Shown here in pieces: positions 26,909 to 41,629 of a stretch of DNA of 64,000 nt; position 1 is the stretch's first letter; every line of letters begins with the position of its first letter. Source of the DNA: Chrysomallon squamiferum (lineage: Eukaryota > Animalia > Mollusca); NCBI GenBank assembly GCA_012295275.1, contig CM022665.1, positions 16,492,001-16,556,000 on the forward strand, in the 5' to 3' direction. The notes under the pieces are model-generated. The model worked only from the letters and a program-made list of their open reading frames with translations, ran no database searches and was not told the DNA's origin. The translations under genes were made by a program, and so were the position numbers.

Positions 26909-27251
26909 CTTTCTTTAGAGGTTCAGGTGTTTGTGTTTGTTGTTAATTATAAGATTTGAGTTTCTATTTCCAGATTATTTTTTATTTTTCACCAACATCT
27001 TCATCACTGTAGCTACTACATATATAACAAATACCATATTAAAAAATAAAAAATAAAATAAAGTAAAATTATATATATAAAAAAGTAAAATAAGAAAAAA
27101 TTAAATAAGAAAAAAAAATTAAATATTAGTATTTGTTTTGTATTGTACACTACGATAAAAATTTTAAGACTATTATTATTATTATTATTATTATTATATT
27201 TGTTGTGGGGTAGGACAATTATTGCTCACCGTTCAAAAATTATTGTTATTT

Positions 27252-27378
27252 AATGTACCTTAAATGCAGCAACAAGGAGTCACCTGGTGAGTGATGACAC
27301 CCCCACCTCAGAGTGGCTAATACAGGAAACTCATACTTGAAAATGAGCTCCTGGGGGACTGTTCACCTTAGGTACATT
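27252..27378 (+). ncRNA. candidate structured module, full copy 3
   Basis: One substitution relative to copy 1 (GAGCTCCTG vs GAGCTACTG). Confidence 0.33.
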
Positions 27379-29220
27379 CAACTATTAGTTATTAATTCAG
27401 TTTTATAATAAACTGCAATTTCTCTTTAGAAATAATGAATACTGTACATATCTATCTGTCTACCTATCTATCTATCTATAGGCACACACGCACATGCACA
27501 CTACATAAATGTATGATCTCAACATCTGACAGCTCTTTGGTTAAAATATAAAAATTGTAAATCTTTACAAACTGTATTTTTGTAAATGTATATTTACAAA
27601 TCATATGTAACATTTTACAATAAAAACAGTTTATAAATTTTTTTAAAATTAACAAATAATAATTAATGTGAAAAACATTCTTATATAAATTATATGAATA
27701 GATTTAATATAATATTTAATAATTAATATTCAGCAAGTGAAAAATAATTCATTGTTAAATAAATAGAGCCTTATGTTTTTCGATGTTCTATTTCAGTTCA
27801 GTTATTTATTTACATTTATTAATCCTACCAAAGGGAAATCTAGGAACCTTGGGCTATGACCAAAGCTGCTTTAATATGTTTAAAAGTCATTATAAAAATG
27901 AGTGTTTTCATTTGATAATAAGGAATATTATATGAGAGTTTTCATATTTTGTATAATTTGCAAATATCAGATGAATTTAGACTGGCTTGGGAAAGTTTCT
28001 GCAGCTATGAATCGGGATTTACTTGTATTGGGTTTTCTCTGCTAAATGTAAAAAGGACAAGTGACAAAGAATATACAGCAACGGACTGGCCTGAGAAACA
28101 ATAGGTGATACATCAGTTACGTTGAGGTGTACAGAGAAATGTTTAGTTGTTAGTAGCATACGTACACTTGACATTAGACTAACAAAATAATAACTTGGGT
28201 GTACATGTATTATATACGTGAATCAGTATAAACACATTTTAAATTACAGAATAAATTCAGAATGTTAAGCGATAAAATATTGATATTTAATATTTTCAAA
28301 ATAGTTTGAACTTTACTTCAGTGCCACAGTAAAACTATAAATAGAATGCATTAATATATATCTAATGGTGATGTAAAATCAACTCAATTTTGTAAAACAA
28401 ATTAGATTTGAAAAAAATTAAAAATTGCAATTAAAATTCAGAAAATAATTTGATCACTTTTAACTCCATTCCATTTATTTGTGTTTTTACCTTGACATTT
28501 CTATAATTTACCTCGGTAATTTCACATATATATAAGTGATATTTTTTACTTTAGATTTCATCGACACATAATTTTCTTATGTTCACTTTGATTGATTTAA
28601 TAAATAGTGGGTTATGAAGTATTGGAAAAGTTGCTGCAGATATAATTTCTCTGTGAAAGATAAAAAGGTAAAATGATAATCAGATATAACTATGCAGGAA
28701 AGGACTGGCCTAAGAAACAAACGGTAAGATATATCAATAATTTTGAGATGTATAGAGAAACATTTAGTTGTTTGTTCCACATGTACACTCGACAGTTGAC
28801 TAATGAAATAATCACTTGGATGGATGTATTACATATGCACCAATATAAAGACATTTACAGCAAATGTGAAACATTAATATTTTCAGAACAGTTTGTACTG
28901 TACTTCAGTGCCACGATAAAACCATAAATAAAATAACTTAATAGTTATCTAGGGGTGATGTAAAATCAAGTCATTATGTAGCAGACGATGTAGAACAAAT
29001 TAAATTTAAAAAGAAAACAATTGAGAATATCGTTTAGTTGCTTATAACTGCATTCATATTTATCATTGTTTTTGCCTTGACATTTCTAAAATTTACCTCA
29101 GTAATTTAACATATATGTAAGTGATATATCATACTTTAGACACAAATATTATTTGGATATTGATGTCAATTCTTTAATAATTAAATAAAATCTTCTAGCA
29201 AATGGAGAGGAATGGTCGAA

Positions 29221-29336
29221 CAATAATACATTTTCATCTTTACATTTATTTATTTATTAAATCTTAAACTTATGTAGTACACATAAGTTTAAGATTTAAT
29301 AAATAAATAAATGTAAAGAAAGAAAATGTATTATTG
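29221..29336. repeat. long inverted repeat (~55-bp arms, 39 bp perfect, 5-nt loop)
   Basis: 29237-29275 is the exact reverse complement of 29281-29319; loop AGTAC. Confidence 0.95.
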
Positions 29337-29875
29337 AACAAAGAATGAACACTTTTTTTTTTGCTACAAATCAATATTTCATAATTATAAAAGAAGACAC
29401 CGATGTTATTGGTTAAGTTTTATTTATTTATTTATTTATTTGCTTGTTTATTTTGAGCTCTCTTAATGTCACTGAAGTGACAGAAATCAATAATTACTTT
29501 GGGGGGCTAGCTTATATAGATAGATAGATAGATAGATAGATAGATGCATATATACATACATATACAAAGATAGATAGATAGATATCGGGGGGATTTCAAT
29601 TAAAGAAAATAAAAACAAAGAATTCACTTCCCAAAAATTAGTAAATTTTATTTAAAGTGACAAAATTAAAAATGATCCCATTCTACAAATACATTTCTAC
29701 TCGTAAACAAATAAGGAAAAATGTAACAAAGTAAAACCTATTACATTTACATTAGCTAATTATAAAATGTCTAGATCAAGAAAGGTTTAGAGACACTAAT
29801 CCACAACCTTGACATGAATTAGACAATCTTGATGAATAGAAGAGATGACTTCAAAAGTATCTTCTCTTACTTGTT

Positions 29876-29953
<78 letters not shown>

Positions 29954-30252
29954 AACTTTTTTTTCACCCTAGTCAGATTGATAACATCAGGTATATACAT
30001 GTGCAGATACCAGACTTAGACTTTTCATTTTGAAAATGGTTCGAGTGTTAAAACTTTTATGGCTACTTTAGTAAACGTCTGCTTCTTGGTTTGTTCCCGC
30101 TACTGTTGTCGTGCAGAAATGGACCTTGGTCACAGTAGCATGCGGGCGTATTGTTAGCAAATCCTGTTATCTAATCAGTCACAATCTTATTACATTTATC
30201 TGCTCGTAAGACCTCTCGTAGTTCGCTTAATATTCAAGAATGATAAAACTAA

Positions 30253-30391
<139 letters not shown>

Positions 30392-32409
30392 AGAATATAG
30401 ATTTCAGAATATTTGTACATTTTCCAGATTTTCCTGCAAACAGTGGTCCGTTAAGTGTGTGAATCTGTTACAACTATTGTTTTATATATATATTTATATA
30501 CACTAGCATATAGATCTTATCGTATGTTTTGTTGTTATTGCTTTTGGTTACTAACTTTCTAGCAGTGAGCTAACGGCACTTTCTCCCCCCTTAGTTACTG
30601 TTTTAGACCTGGTAGTTGTTGAATGTATTCTTGGCCACTACCATCGTTCACGACAGTTATCTTCGGTGAACTAAACATGATTCATTATAATATTCAGTAA
30701 AAATATATTTCATATAATACTATTCAAATTATTAACATTGTGGTCATTTAACGGACTTTTGACCTGAGTAACCCCTCCCCTTCTGCTTATTAGTCCGCTA
30801 AAATGAGGATATACCGTGCAGGACAAACAAGACTAATGTCAAATAGACATAGATACATTTATTCTTGGTTCTTAAAGTGGGAAACTGCACATAGATACAC
30901 GTCTTTTGTTAGCTGTATGTACAAGTATAAACATGTACGTAATCCAAGCTGTGAGTGTCTCTTGCGAATACATCGATAATCGTCTGCTGATACTGAAGTT
31001 CGTAGTTCAAAGATACTCTGAAACAGTGAAACTTCCCAACAGCTCTTCTGTGACAGCCTGAAAAATGTTAGTAAGTTAATTAATTATTATGAGGAGGAGG
31101 ACGAAGGGGTGAAAGTAGTGATAACATTGAGGTAGAACAATAAATAGAAAAGAAATGAAGATGGAATAAAGAACCGTATATAACAATATTTCCGTTTTTC
31201 CCTCTCTCTCTCACTTTGTGTGTGTGTGCGAACATGCATGTCTGGGTGGTGATGTGTTCGCGTTATACTATCTCACCAAACCACTGTTTTATTTTATTTA
31301 TTTTTTTTTAACATTTTTACTCATAACTATTCAAGTACAGATGCTTGCACAAAATATCATAATTCTAAATCTGGGGTTCACATTTCAGTAACTATTGAAC
31401 GTAATTATAGCAGCTAGAGTATATGTGGACATTTGAAATTTATGTCTAATATACATTTTTATATACATTACTTAACATTTTTGCAGAGGAAGAGATTAAC
31501 AATAATCAGAACTATTTAATCACTTACTTTTGTTCTTATTTTTTCATTGTTATAAATATTAAATGGCGAGTACAACAACTAGCACGATTTCTCCATTTCT
31601 CTTTTTATTTATTTACTTATTTATTTATTCATGACCACAAAAAAAAAAAAAAAAAACCGAATGGTTTTAATATTATTATTACAAATGCTGATTAAAAGAA
31701 AAAAGGCTATCACGTTCGTATGGTACTCTGGTTATTAAATCTACCTTACTTAGCTCTACATATAGATACAGTTCTAATTTAATATATTAAAGGTGTACAG
31801 GTACTGATAAATAATGTCACTTGCTAGTGTTTGGTTACTGATTTTCAGTCACGTTTTAATCACGTTCGAATACGTGTCTATACACACGTAGGTAATCGTA
31901 ATTTCTCAACTTCCAAAATGAAACAGTAATGTTTTATCTTTATAAATTTTATGTTAGAAATGCTTAAATCATTTCAAGAAGTAAAAACAATAATATAAAG
32001 AAAAAGTAATAGTATTAATGATGAGCTATATGTAAACTTACATATTATTAAACTCACATATTATTTTGAACGCTTTCCCTTCAACCTATACACGATGTAG
32101 ATACCGGCAAGGGACGCTACTGCAAACAAAACCAGCCCTGTTCGAGAAATTCCATTTTCCGATGTGAGACTTAAACTTTTCATTTTGAAAATGGTTCGAG
32201 TGTTAAAACTTTTATGGCTACTTTAGTAAACGTCTGCTTCTTGGTTTGTTCCCGCTACTGTTGTCGTTCAGAAATGGACCTTGGTCACAGTAGCATGCGG
32301 GCGTATTGTTAGCAAATCCTGTTATCTAATCAGTCACAATCTTATTACATTTATCTGCTCGTAAGACCTCTCGTAGTTCGCTTAATATTCAAGAATGATA
32401 AAACTAAGC

Positions 32410-32502
<93 letters not shown>

Positions 32503-32984
32503 AACTTTTTCCACCCTAGTCAGATTGATAACATCAGATATATACATGTGCAGGTACCGAACAAGAAATCCAGAAAACCGGCTGCTTTGTTTCGGTTTCC
32601 GTTGAGCGACGCCAATGAGACACCTGCATTGAAAAGGTGATGCTCTAACCCATGGCTGGCGAACTAAACTGTTCCAGTTAACATTGACATCCGGCCCGCA
32701 AGACAGCAAAACAAAAGTCAATGAAATGAAAACAGTTCACACAGCTATTTTCTCTTTTATTCACGTTTAAACTTTAAGGCGTCTCGAAGGCACTCGTCTA
32801 ATCAATAGGGAATTTACTGTTTACATAAAATACATGTTTTGATATCTTTTTTTCTCATTTCATATTCTGGCCATCATGTTTTTGTAACGTGTTTTTAAAT
32901 AAGAAGAATGTATTTATAAATGATAAATATTGTATAAAAGCAAATAAAAAAGAATGTAAAGAAATAAATTGGTTTTGTAAAGTG

Positions 32985-33378
32985 TATTTATCTCGGAGAT
33001 CAGACAAATTATTTTAACGCCTTTGGCTGGCGTTTCAGCCTTTATTGACTCCTTCTGCTTCAGTATGGTACTACGCTCGTACTGCCTAGCCAAGTCCACT
33101 ACATGCAAACTCACTTTCTTAAGATCCATGATGAGAAAAAAGAAATTTGGCAAACTACTGCACAAAACGCCAACACAACAGAGGTGATTCCACGGCGAGG
33201 TAACCACGTGAAGTAAACGACTGAAACGCGGGATCCTGGCCGGATATTATGTTGTTCATTGCGCCAACTAGCGGCGGCGTATCTGAAACTCACTCGTAAC
33301 TCGGATTTTGCCTCGTGCGTGTGCTCATAACTCGAAAACTTGTAGGTTGGGGCACTCGTAAGTCAAGGTACCAATGTA
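32985..33378 (-). mobile_element. pogo/Tigger transposon 5' fragment, copy 2
   Basis: Minus-strand VVDLARQYERSTILKQKESIKAETPAKGVKII resembles the N-terminal HTH of TIGD1/Tigger-type transposases; same TIR-like end plus TA. Confidence 0.75.
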
Positions 33379-33406
33379 TGTATATATGTATGTATATATA
33401 TATTTA

Positions 33407-33987
33407 CCGTATATACTTGTGTACAAGGCGACCTTATGTATAAGTCAATGTGTATTTTAAGACCAAAAATTGCGTCATTTTAGGTATTACTTGTGTATAA
33501 GTCGACTGTAGATTCCAGGCACCGTTACTATTTTTAGACCAGTGTGACAGTGCCATGAAGGCCTACATTGTACGCCTACTGTAACAACTTGCACGAGCTG
33601 TAACTTGCACGAACATACCATAATAACGTAAATGCATGTATTACACGAGCTATAGCTTAAATCATTGCAAGACGCCGTAAGGCATAACGCCGTACTGACG
33701 GTTTTCTCGCTTTAAAATGTATTTTTATGTCATTAAACGGAAGAATATCATGTTTTACATTCATATTTGGTTTTGTTATATAATTTTTCAAATTTTTTTA
33801 TACGATGAAATTATATTTTTGAAAAGCTGAAAGACCGCGATTATTTTAGATGCATCCCGTAGCAAAAATAGTTAAAATGGCGACTCTTCAGCAACAGCTA
33901 CAAAAGCATTACCTATGTATAAGTCGACCCCCAAAATATTATCTTAATATAGTCTCCCAAAAATTCGACTTATACACAAGTATATAC

Positions 33988-33989
<2 letters not shown>
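33407..33989. mobile_element. Tc1/mariner (pogo-type) MITE, 583 bp
   Basis: TIRs CCGTATATACTTGTGTA / TACACAAGTATATACGG flanked by TA on both sides; internal TATAAGTCGAC repeats; absent at the paralogous site ~24960. Confidence 0.92.
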
Positions 33990-34038
<49 letters not shown>

Positions 34039-34236
34039 TTATTTAATTAGTGTAACATTAAGGAACACAAACAAAAATTACAGTTTCTTTTCTCGAAAAT
34101 CAACTCAAACTAACTTACTTGATCTACAGTTATATTTAAATATTCATTATTTACTGCTATAATTCATAACAATTATTACATTAATATTTTACATTTATAT
34201 AATCTTATTCATTATTATTATTATTATTATTATTAT

Positions 34237-34277
<41 letters not shown>

Positions 34278-36543
34278 CTAGTAGTGGCAGGAGCAGCAGC
34301 ATAGTTTACTACAGAATTTATCAACCGTCTTTTGACCGATGAATTTCCTGTTAGAGTGTAATTTGTTTTTCGTGTGCTTAATATTAACTATACCTAATGA
34401 AATACAAAACAAGGTTTTATTGATATTAAAGATAAATAGGAATCATTCACTATAAATAAACAACATTGCAGAAATAAAAAGAAATAATAAAACACGGTCG
34501 AAAAGGCTGACGGGAAATTGCTTATTTCGGTTAATTTTGAAAAACTAGTGACGCTGTATATGACGTCAACAAAATATTCCGTTAGGGACTCCGAATCAAA
34601 CTTGGTATGTAGCTGCAATTTTTTCTGTTTCAGAATTAAAATGATATATTAACTCATTTCGTTAAAATTCTGCGATAGCTATGAGTGCAGTAAATCTGTT
34701 TAAATTTAATTTAATTTTTTATATGTTAGGAACAGGTTATTTCAATGGCTAATCTAAAAAATCTGGATTCCACTTCAAATTCTGAAATTTCAAATTTCTG
34801 ATTAAGATATTTATGTTATTTTGATTCCATTTTTTTCATGTTTTAAACAATTGTTACATTTTGAATATTAATAATAATAATAATAATAATAATAATGTTG
34901 TTATTAAAAAAATAATAATGAAAGAATAAAATAAATAAATTATTAAAATAAAAAATTTTAAAAATAAGGAAATAAATAAAAAAATAATAATAATATAATT
35001 TAAAAAAATAAAAAGTAAATAAATAAATAAATAAATAAGGAAATAAATACAAAATAATATTAATAATAAAATTCAAAAAAATAAAAAGTAAATAAAAAAA
35101 ATAAATAATAAAATAAAAAAATAAGTAAAAATTTAAAAAAATAAACAAATAAAATAAAATAAAAATAAAGAAATGAAAAAAAATAAAAACAAATAATAAA
35201 CAAATAAATAAAAAATATAGTAGTATAATAATACAGGTGGTATAGTATTAGTAAGGGTACTAGTAGTGGTAGTAGCGACAGATATAGGAGAGTAGGAGTA
35301 GTAGTAGTAACGGTAGTAATAGTAGTAGTTGTTGTTGTAGTAGGAGTATTGGTTGTGGTAATATTAGTAGAGGTAGTGGTAGAGGTGGTAGTGGTGTAAT
35401 AGTAATGGTGGTGATTTAGGTACTAATAGTAGTAGTAGTGATGGTGATAGTCATAGTAGTAAGAGTAGTGGTATTCTTAGCAGTACCAGTAAAGGTAGTT
35501 GTATCAGTGGTAGTAGTAGGTGTAGAGATACTGTTAGTAGTGGTTATGGCAGTGATAGCAGTGGTACTAGTAATGGTCGTAGGTGTAGTTGTGGTGGTAG
35601 TAGTAGAGGAATTGATATTGGTAATAGTAAAGGCAAGAAGGTTATTAGGTAAGAAGGATTTATTCCTAAATTCTTATTTTTTCAGAACTGATGGCTGTTT
35701 TAGACTGTTCAAAACAATTTAAAAAAAAATAAATAAATAAAAAAGCTTTTAAAAATAAATAAATAAATTATAATTAAAAAAAAATAAATGTTTCTTTTAT
35801 TTAGAGGTTCAAGTATTTGTGTTTGTTGTTAATTATAAGATTTGAGATTATTTATTTTTCACCAATATCTCCATCATTGTAGCTACAATAGTTATATATG
35901 ATAACAAGTAGCATATTAATAATAATAACAGTACAAAAAAATAAAAATAAAAATAAAATAAAATAAAATTATATATCTTTAAAAATAAAATAAAAAATAG
36001 AAAATAAAAAAGAATAAAAAATAAATTAAATATTAGTATCCATTTTGTATTGTATGCTACTTGAAAAAAAAAAAATCTAAAAAAAAGATTTTAAAAAGTT
36101 TAAAAAAACTAAAAAAAAAAAAAAAAAAATATACAAAATTAAAAAAAAAAAAAAATGTAAAAAAAAAAAAAAAAAAAATTTAGAATAAATGTTTAAAAAA
36201 ATGTTTAAAAAAATGTTAAAAAATAAAAATACAAATGTTTGAAAAAAAAAAAAAAAAAAAATAAAAATTTTCCTTTCTTTAGAGGTTCAGGTATTTGTAT
36301 TTGTTGTTAATTATAAGATTTCCAGATTTTTTATTTATTTTTTACCAACATCTCCATCACTAGAGATACTACATATATAAGAAGTACCATATTAAAAAAA
36401 AAAATTAAAAAATTAAAATATAAAATAAAATAAAATTATATATATTAAAAAAGTAAAATAAGAAAAAATTAAATAAAAAAAAATTAAATATTAGTATCCG
36501 TTTTGTATTGTATGCTACAATAAAAAAATAGATTTTTTTTTTA

Positions 36544-36580
<37 letters not shown>

Positions 36581-36774
36581 TTGGAGGGTAGGGCCAATCA
36601 TTCCTCACCGTTCAAAAATTATTGTTATTTAATGTACCTTAAATGCAGCAACAAGGAGTCACCAGGTGAGTGATGATACCCCCACCTAAGAGTGGCTAAT
36701 ACAGGAAACTCATACTTGAAAAAAATGTATAAACAACTTTAAAAAAAGTTTTAAAAAAGTTTTAAAAACTTACA

Positions 36775-36816
<42 letters not shown>

Positions 36817-37161
36817 TTAAAAAATAGGTTTAAAAAATGTTTAAAAAAATGTTAAAAAATAAAAATACAAATGTTTTTTTAAAAAGAAAAAGCATAAATT
36901 TCCTTTCTTTAGAGTATTTGTGTTTGTTGTTAATTATGAGATTTGAGTTTCTATTTCCAGATTATTTTTTTATTTTTCACCAAGATCTTCATCACTGTAG
37001 TACTACATATATAAGAAATACCATATTAAAAAATAAAAAATAAAAAATAAAATAAAATAAAATTATATATATTAAAAAAGTAAAATAAGAAAAAAGTAAA
37101 TGAGAAAAAAACTTAAATATTAGTATCCGTTTTGAATTGTATGCTACAATAAAAAGTTAAG

Positions 37162-37198
<37 letters not shown>

Positions 37199-37731
37199 TT
37201 GGAGAGTAGGGTCAATTATTCCTCACCGTTCAAAAATTATTGTTATTTAATGTACCTTAAATGCAGCAACAAGGAGTCACCTGGTGAGTGATGACACCCC
37301 CACCTCAGAGTGGCTAATACAGGAAACTCATACTTGAAAAAAAAAACTAAAAAAAAACTAAAAACAAAGTTAAAAAAATTTAAAAACCTTACAAAATTTA
37401 AAAAAAAAAAAAAAAAAAGTTTAAAAAATGTTAAAAAAAAATGTTAAAAAATAAAAATACGAATGTTTAAAAAAAAAAAAAAAAAAAAGAAATTCCTTTC
37501 TTTAGAGGTTCAGGTATTTGTGTTTGTTGTTAATTAAAAGATTTGAGTTTCTATTACCAGACATCTCCATCACTATAGCTACTACATATATATAACAAGT
37601 ACCATATTAAAAAATAAAAAATAAAATAAAATTATATATATTAAAAAAGTAAAATAAGAAAAAAGTAAATAAGAATAAAAACTTAAATATTAGTATCGTT
37701 TTGTATTGTATGCTACAATAAAAAAATTAAG

Positions 37732-37765
<34 letters not shown>

Positions 37766-37817
37766 TTATTGTGGGGTAAGACAATTATTCCTCACCGTTC
37801 AAAAATTATTGTTATTT

Positions 37818-37944
37818 AATGTACCTTAAATGCAGCAACAAGGAGTCACCTGGTGAGTGATGACACCCCCACCTCAGAGTGGCTAATACAGGAAACTCAT
37901 ACTTGAAAATGAGCTACTGGGGGACTGTTCACCTTAGGTACATT
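37818..37944 (+). ncRNA. candidate structured module, full copy 4
   Basis: Identical to copy 1. Confidence 0.35.
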
Positions 37945-40752
37945 CAACTATTAGTTATGAATTCATTTTTATAATAAACTGCAATTTCTCTTTTTAAATA
38001 ATATTAATAAACTGATGAAATGTAATTGATTTCAAAATGTTTTAGAACGTAACGTTATACAGTTATTCATGTATAAGAATACTGTACATATCTATCTTTC
38101 TACAGACACACGCACACTACAAATAAATTAATGATCTCACTATTTATAAATCATATGTAAAATTTCACGAAAAAAAAATTAATGTGAAATATTCTTATAT
38201 AAATTCTTTGAATATGTTTAATATTTTATTCATCAAATGAAAAACAATTCATTATTAAAGCATTTTAAAAAATATAGCTTTAGGTTTTTCGGTGGTTTTT
38301 TTTTTTTCAATTAATTAATTTATTTTATTTTTTATTCCTACCAAAGGGAAATCTCAGAACCTTTGGCTATGACCAAAGCTGCTTTATTATGTTTAAAACA
38401 CATTATAAAAATAAGTGTTTTGGTAGGATAATAAGGAATATTATATGAGAGTTTTCATATTTTGTATAATTTACAAATATCGGATGAATTTAGACTGGCT
38501 TTGACGGGACTGGAATGGCTTCTTCGGTATAATTATGCATAATAACAATCAAAACAAAAAAGTTCAAAGCATCAGAGTCAAATCTAGTTTTGAAGAAAAT
38601 ATACATATAGAAAAATGTATTATATAATGATTTCTTTTTATGCTGATTCAGTTTACAATGTTGTCTGTATGCATCCAAGGATTATTTATAATACCTGATA
38701 ATCCCATTTAATGCTAGGAAAATATAGTTAGTTGTGTGGTTAGTGGACAGGACTCATCGGTTGCCCCTCCCATGGACTTTGCATTAGTCGCCCGGCAAGA
38801 AAGATTAGTGGGAAACGGTGAGTTGGAAACTAGGAATTTTGAAGCTGGGTTTGTCGATGTTTTGCCTCTTCCAGTTACAAATGATGAATACGTACGACGG
38901 GATTGAGGTCAATGTACTTCAAAAATTGAGGTAAAAATTTGTGACGGGCAAAATGTTGAGCTATTAATAATATGTAAATCCAGGGTCGCATAGGTGAACT
39001 TGTCTTGGAGGGATAATAGAATGTCAGCTGACAGAAGCAGTTCATGCGCATAGTATGATAAACAATTTAGAACAAAAAAAGGCTATACGCCTAGAAAATT
39101 ATTTGGGTGTAATTGTGCATGTGTGGAATAGATGGTAGTAGACAAGCTGGAATAGGTCCGAAAAGTTCTGGTGGCCAGTTCAACCAGTCCTTGCTTGCAC
39201 ACAGGAGACAAGCTGTGAGAGGGGTGGGTTTAGGACATGTTAGGGTTTTAAGAGAGGGAAAATGTACATCTGCATGTGGAAAATGTGGAGAGCGACATTC
39301 CTCTCTGCAGTATAGGTAATAGGGACAGAACAAACTTAAATATGACTGGACATTCTCTGATTTAAAGGCTACGAGGGGTATAAGGAGCCAGCCATATATA
39401 CCAAGTTGGCACTGACCAGCCACATACTCTGTCATGAGGCCAGTCAATATGTCTTCAGGGAGTCCTTGGTTATTAAATAAGTTAAACTATCTGCGGCCAA
39501 GCTGTATCGAAGAAATTAAAGGATTTGCGGATATTCATGTAGATGTAAATAGTTAAATATCACGAAAGGTTTAGTTTGTACATAGTTAATTGTGTAAATA
39601 AATGGCAAACTTTTAATAAAGAGAAGACAATATATACTCTTAATTACAGTTGTATCTTTTATTATTATTTATTTAATTTTCATCCGAAATATAATGTTAT
39701 CATTGGCTGTGTATTTTATCTAGGCATTAAATATTAAATGACTTTTTTTTAAAAATTCTGCGAGCTGCAGTTCGTCGATTGGCTGCTTTGTATTGGTTTC
39801 CGTTGAGCGACGCCAATTTAAGTGAGACTCCTGCATTGAAAAGGTGATGCTCTAACAGTAGGTCACTGTTACAAGTGCATTGAGTAACTGTTAAATACAG
39901 TTAAATCTTTTATTATTATTTATTGAATTTTCATCCGATGTATGATACATTTTGTTATCTAGTAGTATTTTTACCGAATAAAATTATATATATATATAAT
40001 TAGTATAGTATTAAAGAACAAACAAAAATTAAAATTTCTTTTCTCTAAAATCAACTCAAAATAGCTTAATTGGTCCACTGTTATATTTAAATATTCATTA
40101 CTGCTCTAATTTATAACAGTTATTACATTAATATTTTACATTTATATAATCCTTTTCTTTATTATTATTATTATTATTAGTAGTAGTAGTAGTAGTAGTA
40201 ATGATAGTGGTAGCAGCATAGTTTATTACAGAATGTATCAACCGTCTTTTGACCGATGAATTTCCTATTAGAGTGTAATTTGTTTTTCATGTGCTTAATA
40301 TTAACTATACTAATGAAATATTAAAGATAAATAGGAATCATTAACTATAAATAAACGACACTGCTAACATAACGAAATAATTATTCACGGTCGAAAAGAC
40401 TGACGGGAAATTGTTTATTTCGGTTAATTTTGAAAAACTAGTGACGCTGTATATGACGTCAACAAAATATTCCGTTAGGGACTCCGCATCAAACTTGGTA
40501 TGTAGCTGCAATTTTTTCTGTTTCAGAATTAAATAGAAATATTAACTCACTTCATTAAAACTATGCAATATTCTGTAAGTGCAGTAAATCTGATTAAATT
40601 TAATTTAATTGTTCATATGTTAGGAGCAGATTATTTCAGTGGCTAATCTAAAAGAATTGGATTCCACTTCAAAATTTGAAATTTTCAAATTTGTAATCAA
40701 GATATTTATTTTATTTTTATTTCATTTTTATTTCATTTTTTAAATAATTGTT

Positions 40753-40784
<32 letters not shown>

Positions 40785-41205
40785 GTTGTTATCGTTGCTA
40801 TTGTTGCAGACCGTTATAAATGACAGTTGTTACAGTTTCTGTACATTTTTATATATTTTATCTGTTTTCATATTTCGGCCTCCGCTTTCAGATTTAAATA
40901 GTAATATACGAACAAAATGAAATTAAAGTAAATTTTAAAATAATAATAATAATAAAATTAAAAAAATAAAATAAAATAAAAATAAATAAATAAAAGATAA
41001 ACATATAAATAAATAAAATAAAATAAAATAAAGTAAAATAAAAATAAAGTAAAAAAAAAAAAAAAAAAAAAAACAAATAAAAAAAAAAGAAACAAATAAA
41101 TAAATAAATAAAAAATAAACAAATAAAAAATAAAAATAAAATAAAGTAAAGAAATAAAAAAAAAAAAAAAAAAACAAATAAATAAAAAAAAAAAAAATAA
41201 ATAAA

Positions 41206-41236
<31 letters not shown>

Positions 41237-41598
41237 AAAAAAATAAAAAAATAAATAAAAAAATGAAGTAAAGAAATAAAAAAAATAAAGTAAAGAAATA
41301 AAAAAATAATTAAAAAATATATTTATTTGTCAGGTAATGGTAGTTGTAGTATCAGTGGTAGTAGTAGTTGTAGGGGTACTGTTAGTAGTGGTTATGGTGA
41401 AGTAGAAGTAGTTGTAATGGGAGTAATGGCAGATGTGGTGGTAGTAGTAGAGGTATTAATTTATTTGTCAGGTGATGGAGATGTTGAGGGAATATATTTA
41501 ATTTTTCCTATTTAAATTAACTAATGAAGTTTTGTTTCAGATTACTTGTTTCTCTAATTAATTTATAAAATCGGAATCTTTTTTAGATTATTAATACT

Positions 41599-41629
<31 letters not shown>

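Noticed and set aside
34394-34618. Minus-strand ORF LHTKFDSESLTEYFVDVIYSVTSFSK... (also 25332-25529)
   Set aside because: TTG start only, a 1-nt indel gives an early stop in units 1 and 2, no recognisable homology, and a poor acceptor.
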